The position numbers were made by a program, and so were the translations under genes. This document shows positions 41,001 through 53,353 of a stretch of DNA of 64,000 nt, one piece after another; the stretch's first letter is position 1; every line of letters starts with the position of its first letter. Source of the DNA: Styela clava (lineage: Eukaryota); NCBI RefSeq assembly GCF_964204865.1, contig NC_135261.1, positions 12,090,001 to 12,154,000 of the forward strand. Reading direction: 5' to 3'. The notes beneath the pieces are model-generated. The model made no database searches. It had not been told where the DNA came from and saw only the letters and a list, made by a program, of their open reading frames with translations.

Positions 41001-42604
41001 GTTTGGAGAATGTATAAATCTATTGCTTCTTCAGTGACAAATACTGTATAATACAGTATTATATACTGTCCTACAATGTATGATGCACAAAATAATTTAT
41101 CTTTACTATTGACAGTACAAGTAGGGTATTTGGACCAAATGTGGACAAGGAACTATCGGCAACTTGAATCAAACTGAAATTTCTTCTATCATTTTGAAAA
41201 CTAGACTCAAACTATTTGTCTTATAGTTACACACAATTTCTGGACATAAAAGTGCCCCGGATAAGGTTACTTTACTTCAACTCAACGAAAGCTTACCATT
41301 TTCAATGGACTTGATACATCCAGTTTGCACGTCTGGAGAAGAAAATCCTTCTATTGGCGAGACATGCGTGGCTCTGGGATTTGTAAAACGGGATTCGTTT
41401 GATGGTTTGTGTTTTGACACCTTACATATTTATTTTGATTTATATTGATTTCAATTTTCCTATAATTTTTATTATATATATTTAATATATTATGCCCATG
41501 TCTTAATATTCAGGTACATATATGAAACGTATCCGAAACACACCTACAGTTCTAATGAGTACTCATAGGGACAACGCTCACGAATCCAATTTGCTATTTT
41601 ACTATAAAATATTGATGTAATGAATATTTTCTTTGACCTTAACATTAATTTGTATTAAGGTTTATACGATTCTTTAACCGAAATACCACTGACAGTCACA
41701 AACAATTCAGAGTGCAGAACACTTGCAGATGACCACGATTATGGAATCGATGAAGACCAAGTAAAAATATGTGCTGGAAACCAGAAGTTGGATAACAAAG
41801 ATTGCTTAGGTTTGTGATGATATATTTAATGTATTTTCACTTTATGTACTTTTATATTAGATTTGACACAATCATCAGTGTACTGGCCTACCCCGCGTTT
41901 AGGTATTAACGGTATTCATGATAATAAAAGCAAAAAAAGTTTTAACAAAAGACTTAAATTTGACATGTAACAAATCCTATATAGCCTACTCGCCAATAAA
42001 GAAATGATGTGGCTCATCTAACTGGGCCGGCCTTCTAAATAATACAATGTATGGTCAATTAGCTATCAAATTACGCTGTCTTCCAGTCGAGCCGACCTTG
42101 CAAATCAAATTCATAATCATACGGATCGATAGAACCTCACATCTATAACAAGCAATGGTTGTTGTGGTAAAATCATAACATCCTTTATAAAACGTTTAAT
42201 TAATTATATTTCTACGAATAGACCCTTTGAAGGGAAATTTCGCGTTTACCTGTTTTTAAATCTGATTGTATTTTCGGCCTTCTGTTTAAAATCTAATATC
42301 AGTCGCATTAATAATTATCAATCCTTCCCTAGAAAAAATCATTGTACTTATATTTATGAGTAAAATATTAAAAAAAGCTATGTGAAGCAGATAAGTGAGG
42401 ATTTTTTATTCTTGATACAAAGGAAGTAGCGGGGGATTGTTGGTGTGCCAAAGCAAATGTAGCTGTGACTGGTATCTTGCTGGTGTGAAATATGAAGGAA
42501 AAGGCTGCGCTGGACCGCGACAAGGATACACCTCGTTTTTGAACTTGAAAACGTTCCAAACAGCAATTAATAATCTTAAGGATGACAAGAATTCTTCAGC
42601 TTAA
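35007..42604 (+). CDS. Secreted EGF + calcium-binding EGF + trypsin-fold serine protease homolog (predicted non-catalytic), about 369 aa
   Basis: Exons 35007-35029, 37916-37962, 38643-38753, 39020-39178, 39451-39524, 39661-39746, 40514-40613, 41227-41404, 41660-41809 and 42423-42604, with consistent phases (1110 nt). Motifs: signal peptide AWVLLLSTLILVSVG, CTCYPGFKLSPDGKSC, DINEC, KCG, WPW, CTGVII, IHPVC, ICAG, DCLGSSGGLLVC, WYLAGV. The 23-nt first exon is the least certain. Confidence 0.85.
35247..36789. mobile_element. hAT non-autonomous element A, with an internal 204-bp tandem duplication
   Basis: CAGGGGTTCTCAAAC.. / ..TTTGAGAACCTATG, TSD CCCTAGAC at 35239-35246 and 36790-36797. Internal repeat units begin at 36301 and 36505. 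Confidence 0.85.
36798..37289. mobile_element. hAT MITE B, directly abutting element A
   Basis: CAGGGGTTCTAAACC.. / ..GGTTGAGAACCCCTG, flanked by CCCTAGAC (36790-36797) and CCGCAGAC (37290-37297). Confidence 0.85.
37454..37618. mobile_element. Small MITE with GG..CC ends and 9-bp TSD (MULE/Merlin-like)
   Basis: GGTTTTATCACATTTGAACC / GGTTCAAATGTACGGTCACC, with ACTTTTTAT at 37445-37453 and 37619-37627. Confidence 0.75.
40010..40398 (+). mobile_element. tRNA-derived SINE with a duplicated 3' tail
   Basis: A box TGGCTCAACGG (40019-40029), B box GGTTCGAATAC (40088-40098), GC-rich body, and a ~51-bp 3' unit ending in (ATCCT)3 that occurs twice. Confidence 0.8.
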
Positions 42605-44203
42605 CATTAGGTCAATATTTCATCGATTTCTCAGAAAGAACATTTCAGAAAGATCAATTCATTTAAACTTGTTGGATGAAACAAGATCACAGCCGATATA
42701 TCAATATTTTCAAGTCGGCAACTTTATTTTATTCGAACCGTTTGTGTTAATAAAAACAAGATATTGCTATAAAACTGATTATCATTTATTTCTAATATAA
42801 CAAAAGACCAATTGTGATCCTTTTTATTTTATAAATCTAGTATATGATAGGATATAGTTTCGTGTAACAGGGAAGTAACCAGGTTTACGAACTCAATATC
42901 AAAACCGTACTTAAAATATCTCAACTGACTCACATTTGTGACAGTTGTCTTATCGAAGTAAGAACGACAAAATCATAGATTCAAGACATGAAGCATAATT
43001 TAAAATTATGAACTTTTGTATTTTTTCATTCGCATAGCATAAAAATTGCAGTGTACGAAAATTACCGATGCAAATCATTCAAAATGTTTCAAAAAGATTA
43101 GGAACGGTTCGCGTGGTTTATTTTCTTCGCGCGATCGTGGTGAGATTACTGAATTTGGTATACGAGAACTTTGACTTCAGCTCAATTTTTGCCACACCCA
43201 AGATATTTCCAGTGTTTCTAATTACTTCAAATCTTTTGCGGTTGTTATATGGTGCAGTTCCAAGTGTACACTCCAGGGCAAAACAGTTTCCAAGGTGGAC
43301 CACTCAGAAAATAGCTGATGACTTTGCCCTTCAAGTAGACGCGCGAAACACAAGTTCGTTGATAGGGCGTATGTGCTCTTTTTTCTGACCCGACTGTGAT
43401 AAAGATACTAATTGGATTGACTTCAGACTATGATTTTGAATCGAAATGATTTTTCAATCGTAATGAAATTTTATATTTTTGTGGTTACTTCTTCACATAG
43501 AATTGCGAAATGAAAAACAGACTATTTTCGACATTACCTCTTCGGATTTATAACAATACACTAAATATATAATTAAAATAAATGGGTAAAATGTGGGAAT
43601 ATTCACAATATCCGACCATTTATAATCAGTAAATAGTGGAAAGATCACATCAACATTACCCGAGATTTTTGATCTCATTACTTCTCAAAAGATGATTATA
43701 ATAAAATACGAATATATAGCATCCGATTATGGTCTTACTGTTAAAATTTGGTGAGAATCCTGCTCATAAATCACGTAGTGGCGAGGAAAACGATATTAAT
43801 CAGCAGACGGCGACAATTTTGGAGTTACATTCGAGGACCATTGTTGTAGTCTGCTGCAAAGACTTCTTGGCGAAATGAAATCGCATGATGTAGAATTTGG
43901 CGACGTAAAGCAATTTTGATCAATTTATGAGTTACACTAGCACGCAAACAATCTAAAGCGTGAAATTATTTGAACTTGACAAAGTTTCATTGTCACTACT
44001 TCCGTGTTTTATACATTGCCATGAAAAATAACCATATTTAGATTTGACATTCCTTGTAAAACGTGATAAGCTACGTTGTAGCCACTTTGTCCATCCGACA
44101 AAACAAATCAATTCATGCTAATATTTAGAGGTAGAGAAGTGTGACGTTAATAAAACATGTTAATTAAGAAAGATTTTAATCACTACATCACCCATCGGTA
44201 CCG

Positions 44204-44848
44204 GTGGCGCATAGAAGGGTGCTGGTATGGTAAACACGAGGCCAGGTGCAAGGTTGGGTTCAAATCCCACTGAGTTGAGATGTAACTAGAGAGTGAGCGT
44301 TCGTGCACCGAGGTTAAGAATAGGTCAAGAAAAAGACACGAACAGAACCAAAGTTAGAAAATGGGCAATCCGGGTTTAATCTACCGGAGGATGATTGATA
44401 GAGGACAAGAAAGAAACCAACGTAAATGGGGTCAGGTCAGAAAATGGAGCGGTCGAGAGAAGAAAATTGGAGCAAATTTAGGAAAATGACGACTGATCGA
44501 GAGTGGTACAGACAGACTGGCCCTAGAGTGGCGCAAACGGGCCACGAAAGTAAGTTACAGACCGAGAAAGAGACATCCAAGGTTAGGAGAGGGCGATCTG
44601 ACCCCGAAGTTAGTCTTGGGTAGATGATAAGAGTTGTTGGACAACTGAGATCGGTAATTTTGGTTGAGGGAAAATGGCACAGAGACCGAGATTAGAGCCC
44701 CGAGCCATGACTCGCGGGTCAAAAATGGCTCAGTAATGCAAACATTTCAGTCATTAGATTTGATGATACAAGACAGCAATGCTCAGATATAGGGACACGA
44801 AGCCCAAAACGAGGAAAGAAGGGTATGCAAACTTTCACAGTACACTAC
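44204..44848 (+). mobile_element. Putative second SINE-like insertion with Pol III boxes
   Basis: A-box-like TGGCGCATAGAAGG, B box GGTTCAAATCC and a purine-rich body, flanked by CGGTACCG at 44196-44203 and 44849-44856. Confidence 0.5.
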
Positions 44849-45338
44849 CGGTACCGCAGTGTTCTCGACTTCGCCTGGACACTGGATCGCGAACTTGGAA
44901 CTGAAACTAGGTGCGCAATTTTAATTTTGATGACGTCATCACACAGAAAAAACGAATGCCTGAAACCACACGGAAGTTTTTGAAATAAATAAAACGTCAT
45001 ACATAACAACATAATAACAAAACGATTTCGTGTCTGAAAACAGGCACTTCTCAATTTATCAATGATAGGGCCAATGCCACTACCTCCAATAATATTGATA
45101 ATACATTTATGATATAAGAATATAATTGATCTTTTTATCGCCTGCAACTTGTCATGTTACAGAGGTTTTCTTTCAGAAATGCATTAAAAGTTGGCGCAGA
45201 ATATTTTGGTGATATACGAAAACTAGTTAATACAAATTTGTGTCACCCATGTTCTATGTATGCTAATTGCTTTTTTTCATATGTTTGCTTTTTGCAAATC
45301 AAAAACGAAACGAAACTCTACTACTTTTAAACGTTCAG

Positions 45339-45466
45339 TTGATGAGATATCTTGGACTTGACAATCTTCACGTGATTCTGGGAACAGCTAATTACTGGGA
45401 AATAAAATTGACAATATTCCATCCAAAATATCATCATCTAGGTGTGAGCAACGATTTATTCTGAAA
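45339..45466 (+). pseudogene. Relic exon 3 of a GNAT (AANAT-like) paralog
   Basis: A 128-nt AG..GT-bounded exon, the same length as exon 3 of the paralogs. It reads LMRYLGLDNLHVILGTANYWEIKLTIFHPKYHHLGVSNDLF* with an in-frame TGA. Other exons were not confidently found. Confidence 0.8.
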
Positions 45467-45976
45467 GTATGTAACGATAGCATTATGAATGAAACATTTT
45501 TATAACATCACATTAACAAATAATCACATACTTAATCGGATATTGAAATTGACCAAATTTTTAGGGCCTATGTTATGTTATGACAGCCTTCATCCGTTTA
45601 CTATCGAACGTCACACTTGTCGCCATCAACTTGGATATGAGATAAGTCCCATTTACTCTAAATTTGTGTTTACCAATTGTAATGGAGCAGATCTCTTAGC
45701 AAAAAAAACTTTATATCGTTGAATTATATAGACCCCTGCTATTCAAACATAAGCAAACGTTACATCGATTACACTGAAAGACCCCCAAATACTGCCTCGA
45801 ACCAGTTGTGTGTTTTGCAACAGGGAGAATACAGTAATTTATTTGCGCAAAATACAATATACACATAAAGTATTTGAGTCTAGGCAAGCCCGATGAAGCA
45901 TATTATCACGTAACAAATGCAATTTTTTCCTCTGCCAAGGTTTAAAAATGAAGTGCCGAATACTGCGTGTCCCGAC

Positions 45977-47054
45977 CTAGATTGCCATATTGGCCCTCTC
46001 AACGCCAAATTTCACAATTTTGGCTTTTTTGAAACGCGTTTGGCGTCAGAATTTCCATTTTTTTGTTCATTCTACTGTCTATTATTAAAATAATTTAAAA
46101 TACAATACAGAAATTTATTGTGCAACAATAGAAAGCTCAGCTACTCAACATTTGAATTTTCCCTTAAACACAATCATTCAAAAAGAAGCCAACAATGACA
46201 TACATGTGCTATCGATTAGGTTGAATTTTTGCAGCCGCTCGGACAGATGTTCAAGCAGGCTTTGTTTTCATAGTTTTGCGTTACTGTGTCATTTGTCAGT
46301 TTTTATTTATGTTTTCAAAAAATAGCTGTACGCGTTAATTCAGTAATTGTTATTTTGCCTTCCGAGGAGCTTTAGTTTGTTTGCGGTAATCAAAATTCTC
46401 GTAAACGACGTGATTATCTAGGCTAGAATCATATATCAGTAGACTATCTGTGCAAGCGGCACGCGGTTAAATAATTCTAGTAAAAATGATGCCTTCAAAC
46501 ATGTGAACCAGTTTATATTCGCCAACACTTCGAAACAATCATAAAAAAATTTCAATAGTTAAAATATCGGGAAATTTTCTGAGGTATATATATCGCAAGT
46601 TCAAATTGAAACATGTACATTTATCCGTCCTAAAGCGGTTCACATGGTGTATAGTATATATCTGAATTAATAATGCTGTCCGCTTAATATTTCCTTTTTT
46701 AGCTTTTTGATGCTTTTAAATTTTTTATGTAGATGTCAGCTTGACTGCATTAAGTCGGATATATATTTCAATTCTGCCATTCAATAATTCTCCTTAGTTG
46801 TAACCCTTGATTGTGCTGAAGTGGAAATTGTCATGATAGCAACCAAAACTACAAATTTTAGTAAAATTTAGCATTTGATGTGGCTCACTAAATCACTTGT
46901 TGGCTCTAAATCAGCATATTGCGAACTGTGCAAATCCACTATTGTGCTAGGTGTTCCAATTCTGTCAAATCCTGGGGTTTTTGTACTTCTTAAAATTGCT
47001 GGCTTTTTCTGGCTTGATTCGGCTTTTTTTCATCACCGGGATCTGGCAACCCAG
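45977..47054. mobile_element. Old hAT-like non-autonomous element
   Basis: CTAGATTGCCATAT.. / ..ATCTGGCAACCCAG, with degenerate flanks GTCCCGAC and GTCTAGAA. Confidence 0.55.
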
Positions 47055-48767
47055 GTCTAGAATGACAAACGATCCTACAACAACTAATTTTAGGCAAGCG
47101 GAGAATCGCGTTTGGGTGGAAATAGTAAATTAGATACTGAAGTTTGAGCAGTCATGTAACATTCAAGTTTGAGAATATTTATTTTTCGCTGTTTGGATAA
47201 TACTTGGCCAGGTTTCTTGGAGAACACTTATTTCAACACTTACGACTAAAAATTAGGCACGTTCTTTATCTGAATTGTATGATTTAAATGAATCTTAAAT
47301 AAATAATGAAACTGTTGCTGTTAGTGTTCCAAATAATTGCATTTATTATTTTTTCAACTTTTTTCTGAAATTATCTGTCAAAAATGAACCACAATAGTTA
47401 TATATATATAAGAAATGAAAGTGTAACTACATATATTATTTAATAAAAATATCTGCCATAAGATATGCTTGATATCAAGTTCAAGTTTTGGAGAATGATG
47501 ATGACCACATAATTGACTATACTATAATTTTGAATTAATAATTAACAAACTATAATTTTATTGAAAAAAAAACACCGGTTAAAAAAGTCGTATATTTAAT
47601 TAACTATAGTAACAAAACGATCCTTTCAAATAAACCACGGATTACAGGAACCAGAACCTCAAAATTTTTTTTCAATAAAAATGATTACTTTGTACATTGC
47701 TATGCGTATTTCCATTTAGAACTACACTAAATTTAAACGAAAATGATTGCGCTTTTTGAATGTTTGCTACATGCAACGTCTTTGTGAACTTTCTCTGCAC
47801 TTGAACTGATTGATCTTCGATATTCAAGTTGATATTTTGGAGGATAATTCAGACGACATCACAATGTAGTCAGTCATGCGGTTAGTAGAGCCCAAAGCGT
47901 ATGCATGATAGAAAAAATAATAACAATGAATACTTCGCTATACAGGTTGTAGGATTAAATGCTGGTGGAGCACAAGTTTAGCATTCTAAAGTTGGATTAG
48001 CATGTACAATAGACGATAGTATTATATTTTAAAAACGAATTGTTGACTAGAATTTTATTCACCAACATATTTTCATTTTTGTGTAAGTTAGCTCTGGCAT
48101 ACTATTTCGGGTTGGCCCCCAACATGAATATCTCATCTTTTCAGGTAAGGATCAATATTAAAAATACATATAGAAACAAGCTTATGATTGAAGTTGATAT
48201 TAGATGCTTTCGTTCCCTTTTGCCTAGGTTTATTCGTTTGATATCGGAGAAACTGTGTCACCCTTCCCGTTGTTTTTGTGTTTATCGATACCTTCTTGTT
48301 GGTATTAAATTTGATAAATTGTGCGCATAAATTTATGTTTTTATTGAAAGGGGTAATTGATCTTAGGTAATTCAATTTAGGGGTAACAATATTATAAAAA
48401 GGAAACGGCCGTACTAGCTAGTAGGCGGTAGCTAGTGAATGTAGTTTTATCTACCAGAGTTCACATTATTACTTGTAGAGATGTAGACGTAATGCAAAAT
48501 TCAGATGAGATGAAGATGATTCTAAATACTTTCAACAAGCCCATTTAAAACAAGTGGAGGTGATGTGGCTGATGAATAATGCTTTTATTGCTTGTTCTGG
48601 TTCATTTTTTTTATATTCAATGGCTTTAAGGAAAAATGTGAAATACAAGTTACAGGCGGTTGTGTGCCGAAAAATATATAAAAAATAATCAATATCGAGT
48701 ATATTTCTTTAGTCAAGTAAATTTGATGTTTTATTTAATGAATAAATAATAGTTTTATTGTTTATTC

Positions 48768-48771
<4 letters not shown>

Positions 48772-48806
<35 letters not shown>
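48772..48806. repeat. (TA)n microsatellite
   Basis: Uninterrupted TA dinucleotide run. Confidence 0.95.
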
Positions 48807-48809
<3 letters not shown>

Positions 48810-48842
48810 CTTCAACCAAATGTATCGAAAGCTTTAAAAAAC

Positions 48843-51800
48843 AAATTTAAAATTCTTACTTTAAATGATGTTGAATCAGTTGGTAAACTTTTACAAGAGC
48901 ACTACACACCCAAGTTCCCTCTGCCAAAGAATCAAAAACGAAGATCTACGGAAAACATATTATTCACGTGTTGGGTTATATAATACGCATTTCCATGGTT
49001 TATTGTTTAATCAAACAAAATATATTGTGCTGTATGAATCAACTTAATGAATGAATGAACTTTCTGTAAATTTTCAAAATGAATAATAATAATTGTACGT
49101 ATCGTGTGCTCTCCATCATCATGAAATATCTTATTATTGAAAATATATTATATTGGACTGCTACAGAGTTTCCAGCGTTTTATATTTAGAGAAAGTTTGA
49201 TGCGAATGTATAGGCTTTTTTTGTTTGTTGTTGTTTTTTTGTTAGTTTGTTGTTGAACATCTAACACCACCGAAACCTAAATTTCAGTCTTCCGCTGAAC
49301 ATCAAAAACCGTAGAAACTATAAGATCGACCAGAAAGTTTAAGGCGAAAGAAAATATTGAAATCTTTTTTTTCCAGCCATTCCTGAAACAACTGAACTCA
49401 ATTGGTGCATTCAATGAATCGGGGCAGTCGGTTGCCGTTAAAGTTGATGTCAAACATGATTTAGAAGAGAATAATATTCAAAAAGACATTGAAACAACAC
49501 GAAAAGTTTCAGGCCATTCATCGGGTGAGTATGAGTCTATAGTGATAAATAATTAGAGAAACAAATGACTACTGTGCAAAGATACCACTCCATTCTCCAT
49601 ATACATTGTCGTGGCGGAAAATCCGCCAAACATACTAGGAGTTAATTGTAGCCTATATAAACATATATTCGAGCTTTCCTATTAATTACAATAACGTTAG
49701 GTTGTGCAGTACAGTATTATAAACACAGCTGCACAAAATGCATTTATTCATTTATCTGTATGTGATAAAGTTGATTCAAATGTGCTTATGAATATGCGTT
49801 TTGCTCTGACCTAAAATGAAAAATAATCCATTTAAATGAAATTGCGGTATGTAAGGGGATATATATAGAAGCTTCAACAAGTGACAGTTGTATTTATATT
49901 TCACACAATTTTACTCAAATTAATTTTATTGGACGTTGAAATTAACTTCGGGACCAGTCAAAAGTGTTTGAAATATCAAAAAGTTAAAATCTGTACGAAA
50001 CTTGTGTCAAAACTGTGCGCCGATTTTTGCGTACCATTCAATGATTTAAAACTTACCCTAAATTCAAATATTTAATTTTGATTCAATTTATGTGACAATC
50101 CTTACTCGCAATACAGACAATAGGAATATCTTAACGAAAAGTCCAAATGCTCCTATTTCATGCTTTATTGAAGTTTAGCAACTTTGGTAGTGATAACAGT
50201 ACTCTATTTCATTTGGTACTCTCCTTGGACAAAAACGCCAGAAATAGGAGAAATGTCCCTTGTCTATTGGCAGAGTTGAGAGCTATTATTCTAATTAGTC
50301 GCGTCAAATTCATTCATGATAAAAAAAAATACAAGGATAAGATTTCTATTTGCATCACAGAAAAGAAGAAAGTCGGAAAGAGAATTAATATTATAGCGAA
50401 CCACTACCTCTCGTTCTGTTTCAACTCGCATGAGTAGTTCTGTGAAAATAGTTATTCAGATATTTGTTCCATATGTCAGTATGACTGTACGTTTGATGAA
50501 TGGAGGACCAGTCGCGATAGATCGAAATTTAAATATATCACTGGCCAGTTTGCATACTAGTAGCGTAGATATTATTACCTATCAATATGGTATAGCCAGG
50601 TACGATACTGGTATCAACCAGTCTTGAAAGCATACTTTGTATTTCTTGTACGCCCTAGAAACAAGAATCCTTTATTACTGCCATTCGTGGGAATTCATGT
50701 ACCGATGAGCAGTCGGCCAAAATCTGTTAGCCTGCTATACTACTTGAGTTTTCCATCCGATTTCGTGAGTTTACAAAATTAAAAATAATTGTGTAAATAA
50801 AACAAAAGAGCGACTGAATCCATCGTCTCATCAGGCTACGATGCCGGAAGCTGGAAAATCGTCCTCTACTGTAACATTTGTCAATGGAAAATCGTCCTCT
50901 ACTGTAACATTTGTCAATGCTATTTGCGTTATTCTTATATTTTTGAAAAACGAGTTTTCAGCTTTTTTAGATAGCTTAATCACATAGCAAAAACGGCCTC
51001 CTGTTTGGGTACCAATACATGTTGGGGTATGAAAATATCAGCATCCAAATCATATATTTGGATGGACGAAAAATCAACAATCGTTCAGGTGTTTTAGCAA
51101 TTTCCTCCCAAATATTAATCCCTTAACTACGAGATTCAAAAAGGTTCCGCAAAAGATTTATATATTTCAAATCAATTCTCAGCCTCTCCAATATCTCGTA
51201 GTCAATGAATCGCCTCTCATTCTCGAAACAGCTGAATTCTGGGAAATGAAAATGACAACAGTACACGAAAAATATCGTGATTCTGGAGTGGCAACGGAGT
51301 TATTTTGGAAGTAAGAGTAACTTGTTTGATGATATACATTTCTAAAAATAGATTATTTGTCTGAATAGAAAACGAAGTTATCTGCAATTAAATAGAAAAC
51401 GAAATGATTACCATTTGCGCAAGGTCGACACTCGAATGTAATTATTCGTGATAAATAAAGTCACCTCAATCTATTGTGCACCTGCGTTATTCAACCGTAT
51501 TCCGCCACTTCAACAGGAGTTTATAAAATCGTGTAGGCTATGCCGAATCCAAAATGCTCCAAGAATTTCGAATAGTGGTTTCCTGGATCTGAATTGAAAA
51601 CACTTCATGCTGTTTAGTTGAAATGCAGCAAGTATCGTATTTTACGGATTTTAAAACCCCCTTTAAATCCCCTTTTTCTCAAAAAACGAACGTGCGCCTT
51701 CTAAGCGGAGCCGACCGATTGGCATGCTGAACATATGCACAATATAACCAAAAATTCGTTTTGATTATATGTAAAATAATTATTATGACTATTCTAGTTT

Positions 51801-52191
51801 TGCTGTTATAGTTTGACAGATATGTTTCAAGTGAATTGATCAATATCGCATTCTTAATGAGCATTATTTGATAATGTGAATCGTAATATTCGTAGTAGGT
51901 TGCAAGACCTTCTTGTTGGGATAAAAGTAACTGAACAATGGAGGTGGAATTAAAATCTTGAATATTTTCTGCAGAAGCGTTGAACACGCCAAGCGCAAGG
52001 GAATTAAAAAACTTGTCGGTTTCCAAACTTACGAACAACCACGAGAAAATCCTCGCGGGCTACATGTTATAAAGCGAATTGAACTGAGTGAATACATAGA
52101 CTCTGAAACAGGAGAAAAGTTATTTTCTGGATTGAAGCCACCGAATCATGTACAAGTTCTTTATGGATATAACGTAGATGATGACGCATAG
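48843..52191 (+). pseudogene. GNAT (insect-type AANAT-like) paralog A, probable pseudogene
   Basis: Exons ~48843-48974, 49377-49524, 51183-51310 and 51975-52191 are homologous to paralogs B and C. There is no in-frame ATG, exon 1 has an ~8-nt deletion, and exon 2 is 148 nt (frameshift). Exons 3 and 4 are still open. Confidence 0.8.
50852..50919. repeat. 33-bp perfect tandem duplication
   Basis: TGGAAAATCGTCCTCTACTGTAACATTTGTCAA occurs twice. Confidence 0.95.
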
Positions 52192-53353
52192 TTTTATTCT
52201 TTTGTTCAAACGATCGGAAAAGCATTTGAGAAAAAGGGAAAGGTTGTATAGATGTACAGATGTATCCTCACCTGCTTGTGCTTACCCCCCCCCCCTCCCC
52301 CCGTACTATTATTGGACTATGTTAGCGGAGTAAACCCCAACTGACTTCGTCAGAGGTCAATAAGCACACAATATATTGCAATGCCAATGTTCGTATACTT
52401 TGAAGTTGCGCGATCAAACAGGTATATTGAAATATATCCTTGAACCTTAATACCAGTTATGCGGTAAAAAACCAAATCAGTAATAATGCAAAAACATGAA
52501 AAACACTATATTCTCAAATCTCGAATGGTAGCCGGAAACACGTCACAGGTCGATACAAAAAATCTTTGCATAAAAAGTAAAGCGATTTACTACGATAAAC
52601 CACCATCAAATTGCTAAAATGACATATTTTCATTGAATGCAACATACTATTAATACAAAGGGGTCAAATAACAATAAAATCCATAATTACATTCCACATT
52701 CGCTACAACTGAAAATAAAGTCAAACAGAATGCTGACTTTAGGGTATTACTGTAACACGCTAGCACTAGAATTGACACTGATCACGTCTGGCGATTTGTT
52801 TGAATAAACTCACACAAGTGTACATCAGGTTACACAGATGACGAACATATTGCCAGTTGGTAATGATTAACTTCATATTGGCTGAAATCAGTATATACCT
52901 GGCACTGTACTTTTGTTCAATAAGCTATTCTGTTATTCTGTTATTTCGTTTACTATAAGTTTTCAGTAATTTATATATAATAATAATATGACAAATACTA
53001 CGTCAAACTAATAAAATTAATTTACGTTAGATTTTGTTCAGTAAAATGTATAGCGAGAGCTCCCCTCGAAGAAATGAGAGCGCGTCTTTCTGCTTTAAAT
53101 GTATATGTTGCAGTGAACTAACAAACACGTAGCTTATATAATACACGAACACGCACAGAAAGTGTCAGCAAGTAAAATTTACAATGGAATGTAGTTATTA
53201 TTAAACGCGGTCGGTATTAAAGAAAAGAAAATTGTGAACAAACTTTTATTTTAGAAGAAATGGGAAACAATATATTAGATAAACACACAAGTGGTTGTTG
53301 TTGAAAATTGTACCCGGGTTGTATCTTCGGAAAAATTGGTAATAGCTTTGAGC

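Noticed and set aside
43314-43390. C/D box snoRNA (TGATGA..CTGA about 70 nt apart)
   Set aside because: No terminal stem or recognisable rRNA guide, it is not in an evident host intron, and the motifs are short enough to occur by chance.
43800-43935. Relic exon 2 of the oldest GNAT paralog
   Set aside because: Only faint resemblance, with no reliable splice boundaries.
44426-44623. 65-aa charged ORF
   Set aside because: It lies inside the purine-rich SINE-like body and has no recognisable domain.
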